Positions 1-10,021 of a stretch of 64,000 nucleotides of DNA are shown here, piece after piece. This DNA is from Bacteroidales bacterium (GTDB lineage Bacteria > Bacteroidota > Bacteroidia > Bacteroidales > Bacteroidaceae), in the NCBI GenBank assembly GCA_022773145.1, contig JALEYW010000061.1, positions 1,501 through 65,500 on the forward strand, written 5' to 3'. Each line of letters begins with the position of its first letter. The first letter of the stretch is position 1. The notes beneath the pieces are model-generated. The model saw only the letters and a list, made by a program, of their open reading frames with translations, made no database searches and was not told the DNA's origin. The translations under genes were made by a program, and so were the position numbers.

Positions 1-546
1 CTCTTCCAGCTCCTTCGGACTGATTTCCCCCACATCGCCCAGGATGTGGGCGCCAATGCCGCTTGTATACTGCCTTGTAGAACGTTTTTCTATCCCGAAG
101 CCTTTGAACCGGAATAGTTTCTCGCGGAAGAGGGAAAATTCCTGCGCCGGGATTTGTGCCATGAAGAGCTGGGGCGTGTAACGCGAATAGCCGGGGTTCT
201 TATTAGGGTCCTTGATGTCAGCCATGCGTTTGATGTATTCCTCCTTGGTGATGCCAATGGTTTGGCAGAAATCCAGCGTGTCGATGCCCCGTTGTTCCTG
301 CATCACCACCATGATGTTGTACGACGGTTCGTTGTACACCAGGATGCGTCCCTTGCGGTCGAGTATGAGGCCGCGCGAGGGATATTGAATGTCTTTGCGG
401 AAAGCGTTGGAGTCGGCATTCTTTTTGTAGTCATCGCTCCAAAGCTGGAGCGTAAAGAGGCGAATGAGGTAGACAATGATGATGCCGATGGCCACGCCTC
501 CGATGACGAATTTCCGGATTTCAAATTGGTTGTGGGCTGTGCTCAT
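1..546 (-). CDS. mrdA: Penicillin-binding protein 2, N-terminal part (runs off window edge)
   Basis: Read manually: ATG at 546 overlaps the mreD stop (ATGA); MSTAHNQFEIRKFVIGGVAIGIIIVYLIRLFTLQ..., a TM anchor followed by ...PAIRVTRPQLFMAQ...; follows mreD. Confidence 0.9.
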   Translation of the reverse strand, partial: MSTAHNQFEIRKFVIGGVAIGIIIVYLIRLFTLQLWSDDYKKNADSNAFRKDIQYPSRGLILDRKGRILVYNEPSYNIMVVMQEQRGIDTLDFCQTIGITKEEYIKRMADIKDPNKNPGYSRYTPQLFMAQIPAQEFSLFREKLFRFKGFGIEKRSTRQYTSGIGAHILGDVGEISPKELEE

Positions 547-1049
547 TTCTTGATGCGAATAAGTTCCATGGCAATTACCAACAGGGTGGTGAGCAATGAG
601 CTACCCCCAATGTTGGTCAGGAGCATTTGCCAGCCGGAAAAAGAGAAGGCTTCAATGGTAAAAAATGCCGTGCATTGCAGCAACACTGCTGTGATGGTAT
701 AACGCAAAAAGGGGCCCCACTCCATCGAACGATGAGAAGGCTCAAACACTTCATCATCCACTTCGGTAGGAGAGAAAATTCTGAGAAACAAAGGGATGCA
801 CAATCCCGACAGACAGGTAGCTGCTGCCGCCATTCCCGGGGTGTTGGTAAAGAGATCGGTCAGCAATCCCAAAGCAAAGCCTGTCAACACGTAGACCCAG
901 CGCGAAGTGTTGCCGGGCAGGATGAGAAGGAAATAAATGTAAGGAAGTGGGGTGGCGTAGCCAAAGAGGTGGATGTGGTTGAATACAAACACTTGCAACA
1001 TGAGCAGAAAAACGAACCAGCCCAACCGCGATAAAAAAGTTTCAAACAT
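543..1049 (-). CDS. mreD: Rod shape-determining protein MreD
   Basis: 168 aa polytopic membrane protein (GFALGLLTDLFTNTPG) downstream of mreC. Confidence 0.92.
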   Translation of the reverse strand: MFETFLSRLGWFVFLLMLQVFVFNHIHLFGYATPLPYIYFLLILPGNTSRWVYVLTGFALGLLTDLFTNTPGMAAAATCLSGLCIPLFLRIFSPTEVDDEVFEPSHRSMEWGPFLRYTITAVLLQCTAFFTIEAFSFSGWQMLLTNIGGSSLLTTLLVIAMELIRIKK

Positions 1050-1074
1050 AGAGCTACCGGAAGAATAGAGGACA

Positions 1075-1944
1075 CTAATTGGTCATTTGAAGTTGGTCGA
1101 AGCTTTGACGTGCATGGGCTTGCAACGTGTCGATTTCCGCCTTGTAGGGAGTGGCCACTACTGATACATCGCGCAGGTTGGCAAAGTTGGTGCCCAAGGT
1201 TATGTCTAAGCGATAGGACTGACCATCGGCAGAGTTGCGGATTTGTCGGATACGTCCCACGAAAATGCCCGGCGGGAAGACGGCCGAGTAACCACTGGTT
1301 TCGACAGCTTGGTTCACGCGCACTTTGGCATAGCGCGGCACGTCGTCCACGTAGGCACTGAGCATGCTCTGTCCGTCCCATTGCAGATACCCGAAATAGT
1401 TCTGCCCACGGACACGACAACTGATGCTCGACTTTCGGTTGGTTACGGGAATAATCAAGGAGTAGTTTGGCCCGGCGAGGTAAACAATGCCCACCACACC
1501 ACCGCCACTCACCACGCCCATTTCCGGTCGCACGCCGTGTTGCGTTCCTTTGTCGATGACTAAGTAATTGTCTGCTCTTTCTGCACTGTTTGACACCACT
1601 GTTGCCGGGATGAGTTCAAATCCTTTCAGCCGGTCGTGCATGAGTTTCTCCGTAACGGTGGAGTCCTTTGTGGCATCTTTCAGTGCTTGGCGCAGCAATT
1701 CCGTTTCGCGTTGCAAGGCCAGGTTCTGGTCGGTCAGCTCCCTGTTCACGTCCTTCAAATGCAAATATGCCCTGACGTCATCGTACAGACCGCCTGCCGC
1801 AGCAACCCCGCTGTTGGCCGCACTGAACCACACGCTTCCCTGATAGCTGTTAAAACGAAACAGCAAAACGAAGCTGAACGTTTCAAACAGCAAAAAAAGC
1901 AGGACGTAACAGTATTTACGGATAAAGTCGAGCAGATTGTTCAT
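1075..1944 (-). CDS. mreC: Rod shape-determining protein MreC
   Basis: N-terminal TM, coiled coil, IDKGTQHGVRPEMGV and TSGYSAVFPPGI motifs. Confidence 0.95.
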   Translation of the reverse strand: MNNLLDFIRKYCYVLLFLLFETFSFVLLFRFNSYQGSVWFSAANSGVAAAGGLYDDVRAYLHLKDVNRELTDQNLALQRETELLRQALKDATKDSTVTEKLMHDRLKGFELIPATVVSNSAERADNYLVIDKGTQHGVRPEMGVVSGGGVVGIVYLAGPNYSLIIPVTNRKSSISCRVRGQNYFGYLQWDGQSMLSAYVDDVPRYAKVRVNQAVETSGYSAVFPPGIFVGRIRQIRNSADGQSYRLDITLGTNFANLRDVSVVATPYKAEIDTLQAHARQSFDQLQMTN

Positions 1945-1962
1945 CGGACACTAATAATATAT

Positions 1963-2067
1963 GGGTTACAAGGTTTTAGGTTATAAGGTTATGAAGAAGC
2001 GCTTCATGCGGAATACATTTCCGCCCGGAAGGCATCTATAACCGGATAACCTAAAACCTGATAACCC
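1963..2067. repeat. Palindromic intergenic element with GGTTAT(G/A)AG / ATAACC 9-mer arms (family P)
   Basis: Left arm ggttacaag-gttttaggttataaggttatga, right arm tataacc-ggataacc-taaaacc-tgataaccc. Confidence 0.75.
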
Positions 2068-2084
2068 AGGACTTGAGCTTTGGA

Positions 2085-3116
2085 TTAGCGCATCAGGAAG
2101 GTAAATTTCTCCACATTTTTCAGTGCCACGCCGGTACCTTTGGCTACGCACAGCAGCGGGTCGTCGGCTACGTGGAAAGGAATATTGATTTTGTCGCTCA
2201 ATCGTTTGTCCAAGCCACGAAGCAAGGCGCCACCACCGGTGAGATAGATACCGTTCTTCACAATGTCGGCGTACAACTCAGGCGGCGTGTTGGCCAATGC
2301 GTTTACCACGGCTTGCTCAATTTTCGCAATCGACGTTTCCAAGCAGTGGGCTATTTCCTGATAGCATACAGGCACCTCCATCGGCATGGTAGTGATACGG
2401 TTAGGACCGTGTACCACGTAGTCTTCGGGCGGGTTGGCCAAGTCAGTCAGCGCGGCACCCACATTGATTTTGATACGTTCCGCCATGCGTTCGCTCACCA
2501 GCACATTGTGCTGACGGCTCATGTATTCGCGGATGTCGCTCGTGAAGTCATCGCCGGCCATCTTGATGGAGTTGTTCGACACGATGCCGCCCAGCGAAAT
2601 AACTGCAATTTCCGTTGTACCACCGCCTATGTCGACAATCATGTTGCCCTCGGGAGCATTTACATCTATGCCGATACCGATGGCAGCTGCCATGGGTTCG
2701 TAAAGCAAGAAGACATCGCGTCCACCGGCATGCTCGGCTGAGTCGCGCACAGCACGTAGCTCCACTTCGGTTGAACCACTTGGCACACCGATGACCATGC
2801 GCAATGAGGGCGAGAACAGTCGGCGACCCGAGTGAACCTTCTTAATCAGGCCGCGCATCATCTGTTCGCAAGCGTTAAAGTCGGCAATCACACCGTCGCG
2901 GAGCGGGCGGATAACGCGGATTTTGTTGTTCGTTTTTTCATACATCAGCTTGGCATTGTCGCCCACGGCAATCATCTTTTCGGTGTGCGTGTCGAGTGCC
3001 ACCACTGACGGTTCGTTGACAGCTATCTCGTCATCGGCAATAATAATGGTGTTTGCCGTACCCAAGTCTATGGCCAGCTCTTGGGTAAAAGAAAACAATT
3101 TGGAGAAAAAGCCCAT
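2085..3116 (-). CDS. mreB: Rod shape-determining actin-like protein MreB
   Basis: AIDLGTANT and VDIGGGTTE motifs; start taken at MGFFSKLF (3116) because the upstream extension crosses a repeat. Confidence 0.97.
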   Translation of the reverse strand: MGFFSKLFSFTQELAIDLGTANTIIIADDEIAVNEPSVVALDTHTEKMIAVGDNAKLMYEKTNNKIRVIRPLRDGVIADFNACEQMMRGLIKKVHSGRRLFSPSLRMVIGVPSGSTEVELRAVRDSAEHAGGRDVFLLYEPMAAAIGIGIDVNAPEGNMIVDIGGGTTEIAVISLGGIVSNNSIKMAGDDFTSDIREYMSRQHNVLVSERMAERIKINVGAALTDLANPPEDYVVHGPNRITTMPMEVPVCYQEIAHCLETSIAKIEQAVVNALANTPPELYADIVKNGIYLTGGGALLRGLDKRLSDKINIPFHVADDPLLCVAKGTGVALKNVEKFTFLMR

Positions 3117-3136
3117 AGTCAGGTAGTTGTTATTAG

Positions 3137-3213
3137 TTCTTAAAAGTTCAATTTCTCGCCATGGCAAAGCTCAAACAAGTTTGGCTTTGCTCATTTGGCT
3201 AAACGAAATCGTT
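3137..3213 (-). repeat. 77-bp CTTG-loop hairpin mini-element (family A)
   Basis: Reverse complement matches 14246-14322 with 2 mismatches; bounded by GAAC direct repeats on the - strand. Confidence 0.9.
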
Positions 3214-3804
3214 CTGTGCGAACCAGTTGTGAATAGCCGTGTCGTAGTGGCTGCTTACACCGAAGGCACGTGTGGCAAACAGGCGACGTTCTTCGAGAGT
3301 GGTCTGTGCGCCGTTCTTTTCCACAATATCGAGCAGCAGTTGGTACTCAGCCTTAGAAGGAACGATCACTACATCGTTGAAATTCTTGGCTCCAGCACGG
3401 ATGAGCGAAATGCCGCCTATATCAATTTTCTCAATAATGTCGGCTTGCGATGCGCCGCTTGCCACCGTCTGTTCAAAGGGGTAAAGGTCGACAATCACCA
3501 GGTCGATTTCGGGAATTTCGTATTGGGCCATTTGGGCGCGGTCTTCTGCCAGTTCGCGACGGCCCAGGATGCCACCGAACACTTTCGGGTGTAATGTCTT
3601 GACGCGGCCACCCAGGATGGAAGGATAAGTCGTTACTTCTTCCACCTTTTGACAGGGATAACCCAATGACTCAATGAACTGTTGCGTTCCGCCGGTGGAT
3701 AAAAATTGCACACCATTCTCATGCAATTTGGCCAAAAGCGCATCCAAACCGTCTTTGTGGAACACAGAAACTAAAGCTGTCTTGATTTTCTTCGTAGTGG
3801 ACAT
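3199..3804 (-). CDS. purH: PurH N-terminal (IMP cyclohydrolase/MGS-like) domain only
   Basis: ALVSVFHKDGL, STGGT, GGRVKTLHP and IDIGGISLIRAGAKN motifs; 201 aa, no transformylase domain. Confidence 0.88.
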   Translation of the reverse strand: MSTTKKIKTALVSVFHKDGLDALLAKLHENGVQFLSTGGTQQFIESLGYPCQKVEEVTTYPSILGGRVKTLHPKVFGGILGRRELAEDRAQMAQYEIPEIDLVIVDLYPFEQTVASGASQADIIEKIDIGGISLIRAGAKNFNDVVIVPSKAEYQLLLDIVEKNGAQTTLEERRLFATRAFGVSSHYDTAIHNWFAQNDFV

Positions 3805-3848
3805 ATCTAATTGTTTTGATTTTCGTGAAGAATATATGTAATCGGCTG

Positions 3849-3856
3849 CAAAATTA
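3849..3856 (-). promoter_or_regulatory. Bacteroidetes -7 promoter element for purH-mre operon
   Basis: TAATTTTG on the - strand matches TAnnTTTG. Confidence 0.65.
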
Positions 3857-3906
3857 CTCCTTATTTTATATGTAGCGCAAAAAGAAGTTTAGTTTTTGTT
3901 TATAAG

Positions 3907-3971
3907 TATACAAGGATGCCGCTTGATGGGTCAGTTTTGAAACACCGACTTTCAAACGGCATCCTTGTATA
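3907..3971. terminator. Long hairpin, probable terminator of the transporter-porin operon
   Basis: tatacaaggatgccgcttga...tcaaacggcatccttgtata inverted repeat. Confidence 0.6.
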
Positions 3972-3996
3972 GGATAATGTAATACTTAGCAAATGG

Positions 3997-5031
3997 TTAG
4001 AAATGCACCACGAGTTCTACAACAGCCTTGTCGCGTTCCGACGGTTTGGCGAGTGTGGCATCATCATAGAAATACTTTTCGTAGTTCAGGCGGATGTCCG
4101 CGTTCATCTCCTTCGCCAGACTCAGCGTGATGCCGCCCGTGATACGCCTCCGCGCCGCATCGGTCAGTTTCAGCACCCCTTCGTCCGTCAGCGAGCCATC
4201 CGAGTGGTCACCCATGCAGTCGTAGCGGCAAAGGAACGACATCTTGCGGAACGTACGCCGCAGCGGCACATCGTAGCAGACGAAGGCATCCCAGGCGTTG
4301 ACATCCTTGAACGTCGTGTTCGTGTAGTGCTTGCGCAGGTATTCGCCCTCCAGTGTCAGTCCGCCGCAGCGCAACGTCATACCCCCATCGTAGAGATATG
4401 TGGCACCGCCCGCGGGCGAAATCTTCTGCACCGAAGCCTGCAAAGTCAGACCAATGGGCAATTTGTACTGCGCCTTAGCGGAGAAGTTCAGGCTCTTCGT
4501 CCAGTAGTCCTTCTGGTTGGTCAATCCCGACCCGTTGAATGCTCCCGCCTCGACAATGAGGGGAAACTCCGCAAAGCTGTAACTGCCGTAGAAACCCACA
4601 TCGCGCACATTGCCCACCTGTTTGGCAATGAACGAACGGTTGGCGAAATACTGCTTGTGCGGCGAACGGTGTGCATCGATACTGAAGGGCACGCGCATCT
4701 GGCCTATGCGCAAGGCCCAGTGGTCAAGCGGCAGCAGGCCTGCGTAAGCGTCGAGCATCTTGATTTGCCCTTCGTCGGAGAGGTCAATCTCCGCCTTATA
4801 TTCCACGCGCGGAGTAATCTTGCCGTCGAGTGCCACGCGGGCCGTGCGCACCTCAAAGCGCGTTTCGTTCTTCTCCGTCTGCCACTCCCATTTGCCTCGA
4901 ATGGTACCGCTCACATGGGGCATCCACTCCGGCCATTCCACCTTTTGCGCTGTCGCTGCCAGCGGCATGGCAGCCAGCATCAGGCAGCCGGCCATGGTCT
5001 TCAAGCCAATCTTCTTTATCATGAGGTTCAT
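3997..5031 (-). CDS. Phosphate-selective porin (OprO/OprP-like)
   Basis: Signal peptide, beta-strand pattern, terminal Phe; overlaps the stop of the phosphate transporter. Confidence 0.8.
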   Translation of the reverse strand: MNLMIKKIGLKTMAGCLMLAAMPLAATAQKVEWPEWMPHVSGTIRGKWEWQTEKNETRFEVRTARVALDGKITPRVEYKAEIDLSDEGQIKMLDAYAGLLPLDHWALRIGQMRVPFSIDAHRSPHKQYFANRSFIAKQVGNVRDVGFYGSYSFAEFPLIVEAGAFNGSGLTNQKDYWTKSLNFSAKAQYKLPIGLTLQASVQKISPAGGATYLYDGGMTLRCGGLTLEGEYLRKHYTNTTFKDVNAWDAFVCYDVPLRRTFRKMSFLCRYDCMGDHSDGSLTDEGVLKLTDAARRRITGGITLSLAKEMNADIRLNYEKYFYDDATLAKPSERDKAVVELVVHF

Positions 5032-7307
5032 GCGTTGTGGGTGGAGTTTTCAGTCAGTGATTTGAAAGCCTGTCCGGCTTTGAGCAGTTCGCGCAGTTCG
5101 GCAGCTAAGAGTTCTGTTTCCTGAGCCAAGTGGAGCATCAGCGTGGTTGTGTTGAGGTTCATGTTCTTCGTTTGCATATCCACCCCAACGGCTTCGGCCA
5201 GTTGCTGGCATCCGCGTTGCACCTCCTTGCAGCGCAGCGCCACCTGCATGGTTTGTTCGTAGCGGTCGCCCCGTCGCAGGTTGTCAGCCGTTTCGTGCAG
5301 CAGTTCCTCCAGCATATTGCGCAGCCGGCAGTAACGTTCAGCATAGAGCGGTTCGATGGGGCTGAAGTTGTTGTCCACGTGTTCGCGTGCCGGTTCGGCT
5401 ATGCGCATCAGTCCGTAGAGCAGCTGTCGCAGGGCGTTGTGCGTGCGGTGGAAACTCGTGCTCAGTTTGATGCCTGCTACGGGCGGTTCTGCACGGCGCA
5501 GGCAGATGGTTTCGCGGCGGCGCAGGTTCTTCAGGTCGCGCTTCTGGCGGTTCAGGTCGCGCAGCGACTTGCGCAGCGGGCGCAGCTGTTCCGTCATCAG
5601 TCCGTCGGTGGATTGGCGTAGCTTCTCGGCGTAACCGTCCAGCATCTCCGCCACACTCATATTCATGTGGCGCGTCAGCATCGGCACGATAGCCAAGCGG
5701 TCAGGCGTGTGGAGCATCTGTCCGAAGAGCACATCGCCCTCCTGTACCTCCTCGCGCTGTTTGCGGGCAAAGCGGCGCTGGCTATGGATGATGCTGTAAA
5801 TGCCGGCTGCCACAATCAGCACAATGGCTACGGAACCGCCGAAGTGCATCGTCGTGGCCACGAAGAAACAGGCCGTAAACGCCACACCGGCCGTGATGAA
5901 CCAGCCGCCGATGACCGTCAGCACACCCGTGATGCGGAACACCGCGCTCTCACGGCTCCAGGCACGGTCGGCCAGCGACGAACCCATGGCCACCATGAAG
6001 GTGACGAAGGTGGTGGAGAGCGGCAACTTCAGACTGGTACCCAGGGCAATGAGCAGCGAGGCCATGACCAGGTTCACCGAGGCGCGCAGCATATCGTAGG
6101 CCGCCGTGTCGTCCTGTGCCTCTTGGGGCATTTGGAAACGTGAGTCGATAAAGCGGCTCACGCGGTCGGGCGTGATGTTCTGTACGAAAGCCCCCACCGA
6201 GCCAGCCCAGCGCACCAGGCTTCGGGCCACCTTCGAGGAGCCGAACATCTCGTCGCCTTCGTTCTTGCGCGACAGTCCCACCTCCGTTTCAACCACCTTG
6301 CGTGCCTTCTTCGATGTGGCCAGCGAGAACACCATGATGGCGCCGGCTGCCAGGAGGAAGACGAAGGGTGTTTTGGCCGATTCCTGCAACGAACTCATCA
6401 GGAAACCGTCTGCGCTGCTTCCCGCACCGCCCCCCATGAAATCATGGTACGACGAGAAGCCAGCCAAGGGCACACCGATAAAGTTCACCAGGTCATTGCC
6501 CGCAAAGGCCGTGGCCAGAGCAAACGTGCCACACAGCACGATGACGCGGAACACATTCACCTTCAACACATGGAGCAGTTGCATCACCACAGCCGACACC
6601 ACGAACGTGCAGCCCAGCAACAGCGTGATATGGTCGTGGATGTAGTCTTTCGTGTCAGCCCCCATGAACGTCAGGTTCTTCAGTCCTTTGAAGAGCATGA
6701 AGTAGAGGATGGCTGTGATGGCGATGCCGCCGAACAAGCCCACCTTCCAGCGCAGGTTTTCCGTGATGCGGAAAGAGAAGATGATGCGCGTGAGGTACTG
6801 TACCAGCGCACCGAACAGGAAGGCAATAGGTACACTCAGGAAGATGCCGAGTATCACCTCTAAGGCTTTCGACGTGTTCAGGTAGTCGCCCATGCCGAGG
6901 GACAGACCGTCGGAGGCCATCTTGATCATCACGAAGGCGAACGACGCGCCCAGCAGCTCGAACACCATTGACACCGTGGTCGAGGTAGGCATGCCGAACG
7001 TGTTGAAAGCGTCGAGCAATACGATGTCCGTCACCATGACCGCCAAGTAAATCAGCATCACTTCGTGAAACGTGAAGTATTGCGGACTGAAAATGCCGTG
7101 GCGCGCAATGTCCATCATGCCGTTGCTCAGCACGCAGCCCAAGAATACACCCACCGAAGCGATGCACACCAAGGTGCGGAACTTGGCAGCACGCGAGCCG
7201 ATGGCCGAGTTCAGGAAATTGACGGCATCATTGCTGACCCCCACCCAAAGGTCGAAGGTGGCCAGCAGAAAGAGGAATATCACCATTCCCAAGTACATCC
7301 ATTCCAT
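5028..7307 (-). CDS. Inorganic phosphate transporter (PiT/PHO4) with helical C-terminal domain
   Basis: GVSNDAVNFLNSAIGS, AGNDLVN and PLSTT PiT signatures. Confidence 0.9.
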   Translation of the reverse strand: MEWMYLGMVIFLFLLATFDLWVGVSNDAVNFLNSAIGSRAAKFRTLVCIASVGVFLGCVLSNGMMDIARHGIFSPQYFTFHEVMLIYLAVMVTDIVLLDAFNTFGMPTSTTVSMVFELLGASFAFVMIKMASDGLSLGMGDYLNTSKALEVILGIFLSVPIAFLFGALVQYLTRIIFSFRITENLRWKVGLFGGIAITAILYFMLFKGLKNLTFMGADTKDYIHDHITLLLGCTFVVSAVVMQLLHVLKVNVFRVIVLCGTFALATAFAGNDLVNFIGVPLAGFSSYHDFMGGGAGSSADGFLMSSLQESAKTPFVFLLAAGAIMVFSLATSKKARKVVETEVGLSRKNEGDEMFGSSKVARSLVRWAGSVGAFVQNITPDRVSRFIDSRFQMPQEAQDDTAAYDMLRASVNLVMASLLIALGTSLKLPLSTTFVTFMVAMGSSLADRAWSRESAVFRITGVLTVIGGWFITAGVAFTACFFVATTMHFGGSVAIVLIVAAGIYSIIHSQRRFARKQREEVQEGDVLFGQMLHTPDRLAIVPMLTRHMNMSVAEMLDGYAEKLRQSTDGLMTEQLRPLRKSLRDLNRQKRDLKNLRRRETICLRRAEPPVAGIKLSTSFHRTHNALRQLLYGLMRIAEPAREHVDNNFSPIEPLYAERYCRLRNMLEELLHETADNLRRGDRYEQTMQVALRCKEVQRGCQQLAEAVGVDMQTKNMNLNTTTLMLHLAQETELLAAELRELLKAGQAFKSLTENSTHNA

Positions 7308-7365
7308 AAATTGAAAGTTTGTGGTTGTTAAAGGAGAGGTTTTTTAGAGTTATTTTTTCTCGGTT

Positions 7366-7423
7366 GCAAAAGTACTGGGCGGTTGTTGGGGCAGTGTTAC
7401 AGGATTGTGAAGAAAGTGTTACA
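7366..7423 (-). promoter_or_regulatory. -7 promoter element plus Pho-box-like direct repeats
   Basis: TACTTTTG at 7367-7374; TGTAACA/CTTCACA/TGTAACA at an 11-bp period (7395-7423) on the - strand. Confidence 0.7.
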
Positions 7424-7625
7424 ATGCGATGGGGCGCAGGGTCGGCAATCATAAAGCCGTTTTTCTCGCCCCAAAGAGGGAATGGGAAATGCCGAAGCCG
7501 GTCTTGGCAATCGAAGTCCGGCTTTAGACGATGATACCGGCATTCGACAGTCTCGTATGGCCTGTGCCTGCACATTTTTCTCTATCCATGATGTAACATT
7601 CCCCTACCTTAGGTGTTTATATGAT

Positions 7626-7801
7626 AGGTTATGTGGTATTGCGCTTCGCGCAGGTGATGAGGGATTAGGTTATGAGGTATTGCGCTTCGCGCAGGTTATG
7701 AGGTTATAATATTACTGGCTAAAGACTTCAGTCGCTTAAATAGTGACTTTATAACCTCATAACCTCATAACCTCATAACCTCAGCAATAACCTCATAACC
7801 T
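7626..7801. repeat. Family P palindromic element
   Basis: ggttatgag tandem arm, core, (cataacct)n arm; two gcgcttcgcgc mini-hairpins in the left arm. Confidence 0.9.
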
Positions 7802-7835
7802 GAAAACATATATCCTCATCTTATCACACCATCTC

Positions 7836-9840
7836 ATGATGAAACATCTTTATTCTTTGCTTCTTTTCCTCTTGGTCTTCGGTCCGCTTGGAGCCAAGTC
7901 GCGTCGGGTTAGCGTACATACCCCCGGATCGCTCCCCACCCTGATTGGCGAGCGGCAAAAGTACAAACTGACAAGTCTGGCCGTCGAGGGTGCGCTCGGG
8001 CGGCACCGATCTCCGCTTCCTGCGCGAGATGGCCGGCAGCGATTACCGGCAACAGCCCACCGAGGGCCGGCTGCGCACGCTCGACCTCAGCCGGGCCACC
8101 TTTGTGCGCGGCGGTACACCTTATATATATAAGGACACCTGTCGGACCATTCAGGGCGGCCCGCTGACCCTGCCGCCCTTTGCCTTCCGCCATTGCCGTC
8201 TGGAACAGGTGGTACTGCCCGAACAGATGGACACCCTTGGCGTAGGAGCTTTCGAGTACGTCGCGCTGCGCAGCATCCGCCTCCCCGAAAACGCGGTGGT
8301 GATGGACTGGGCGTTCAACCATTGTGAGCAACTCGCGCAGGTGGAGTTTCCCCGGCAGTTGGTGGAGTTGGGACAATGTTGCTTCCGCGACTGCTCCGCC
8401 CTGCGTTCCGTCCGCATCCACGACATTGAGATGCTGCCTTATCAAGCGTTTCAGGGATTGCCCTCACTGGAGGAAATCGCCGTCGACGGCGCGTTGTGGC
8501 ACGTCGACGGCTGGTTCTGTGACAACTGTCCGCAGCTGCGCCGCATCGAGTTCAGCGGCGTGGTGTTCACCACCGGCGGCCAGCCCATAGCCTCCAACTG
8601 TCCGCGCCTTTCCGACATCACTTTCTCCGGCATCTGTATGCCCATGAATTTCGGTTCGGTGGAAAACTGCCCGCAGATGCCCCGGCAGTGTACCGTTTCG
8701 GGTGTGGTATTGGCCAGTGCCAACGATGATTTCATTCCTCCCACCCATGCCGGCCCCTCCGCCGAACGGGTGCGCGAGTTGGTGCAGGGCGTGGAACCCT
8801 ATTTCGGTACATCGGAGTTCAAAAGTGCTTGGATGCCGCGCGACCCGAGGGCCAAAGCCAATCATGCGTATAACCTGGCCTGCGTCTGCGCGCTCAAAGG
8901 TTTGGAAACGGAGGCTTTGCTGTTGCTCCGTAAGTCGTTGAACTGCGGCTACGCCAATTACCGCCATGTGGCCGCCGACACCGATCTTTCCGGCCTGCAC
9001 GGCAAGGCAGCGTTTGAAGATATATTGAAACAGATACAGGTAAAGTGGGAGCAGGAGCACGATTTCCTGAATGTCCTGCGTCAGGCACCGGCCTATGCCG
9101 CCCAACCTGCAAGCCCGGCCCCGGCTTTCAGCTACGCAGCGCCCACCTCGCCCGACTTGAAACGTGTGCGCGAGTTCTTCCGGCTCGACAGCATTGCAGG
9201 CGACGGCGATGAGATTTCGCGCATGAAGAACATTATGTATTGGTTGCACGACCACATTCCGCATGACGGTTCGGGCGGATTTCCCGACAATACTCCCCGC
9301 AACGCCATCGCCCTGTATCAGGCGTGCCAAAGTCAGCAGCGCGGCCTCAACTGTCGCGGCCTGGCCCTCGTGTTGTCGGAGATGTACTTGGCCATGGGCT
9401 GGCCGGCAAGGGCACTCACCTGCCAACCGAAGAACTACCGCTTCGACCCCGACTGCCACGTCATCGACATGGTGTGGAGCCGACAACTGAACAAATGGGT
9501 GTGGATGGATCCCTCGTTTGCGGCGTACGTGACGGACGAGAACGGGCTGCTGCTCCACCCGGGCGAGGTGCGCCGGCGGCTCATTGACGGACGGCCTTTG
9601 GTGTTGAACGAGGATGCCAACTGGAACCACCAGAGCAGGCAGACCAAGGCGCATTACCTGGAGGAGTATATGGCCAAAAACCTCTACTACCTCAGCGCCT
9701 TTTTGCACAACAAGTTCGGTTTGGAAGCCCCCGACACCAACTACGAGGATTATTATACCCTGACACCCGAAGGCTGCGAGCCGCCCAACCAGCAGGCCCT
9801 GAGCGACGAACAATGGTTCTGGCAGGCTCCGGAAGAATAA
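7836..9840 (+). pseudogene. BspA-type LRR + TPR-like + transglutaminase-like protein, +1 frameshift near 7998-8001
   Basis: The signal-peptide ORF from 7836 aligns with the paralog up to VEGAL; the 616-aa ORF continues GTDLRFLREMAG in another frame. Triad LNCRG / DCHV / WMD is intact. Confidence 0.75.
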
Positions 9841-10021
9841 TCCCGCCCGGCCGGCATTCTCCTCATTGGCTGCATTGCTTGCATTCTCCCGGCGAACGGG
9901 CATAATCCGCCTGCCAGCTTCTTGACATTCGCCCCGAAATAGTATTTTTGCGCGGTAATGCTCCTTAGAGGGTTGCGCTTTGCGAACCTCCCTTTTCCAA
10001 AAATTTAAATCTCTATCCTCC

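Noticed and set aside
3117-3167. N-terminal extensions in the ORF track (mreB, leuD, C10, GH20, permease, tolC, rhuM)
   Set aside because: They run through repeats or promoter motifs; downstream ATGs give typical N-termini or signal peptides.
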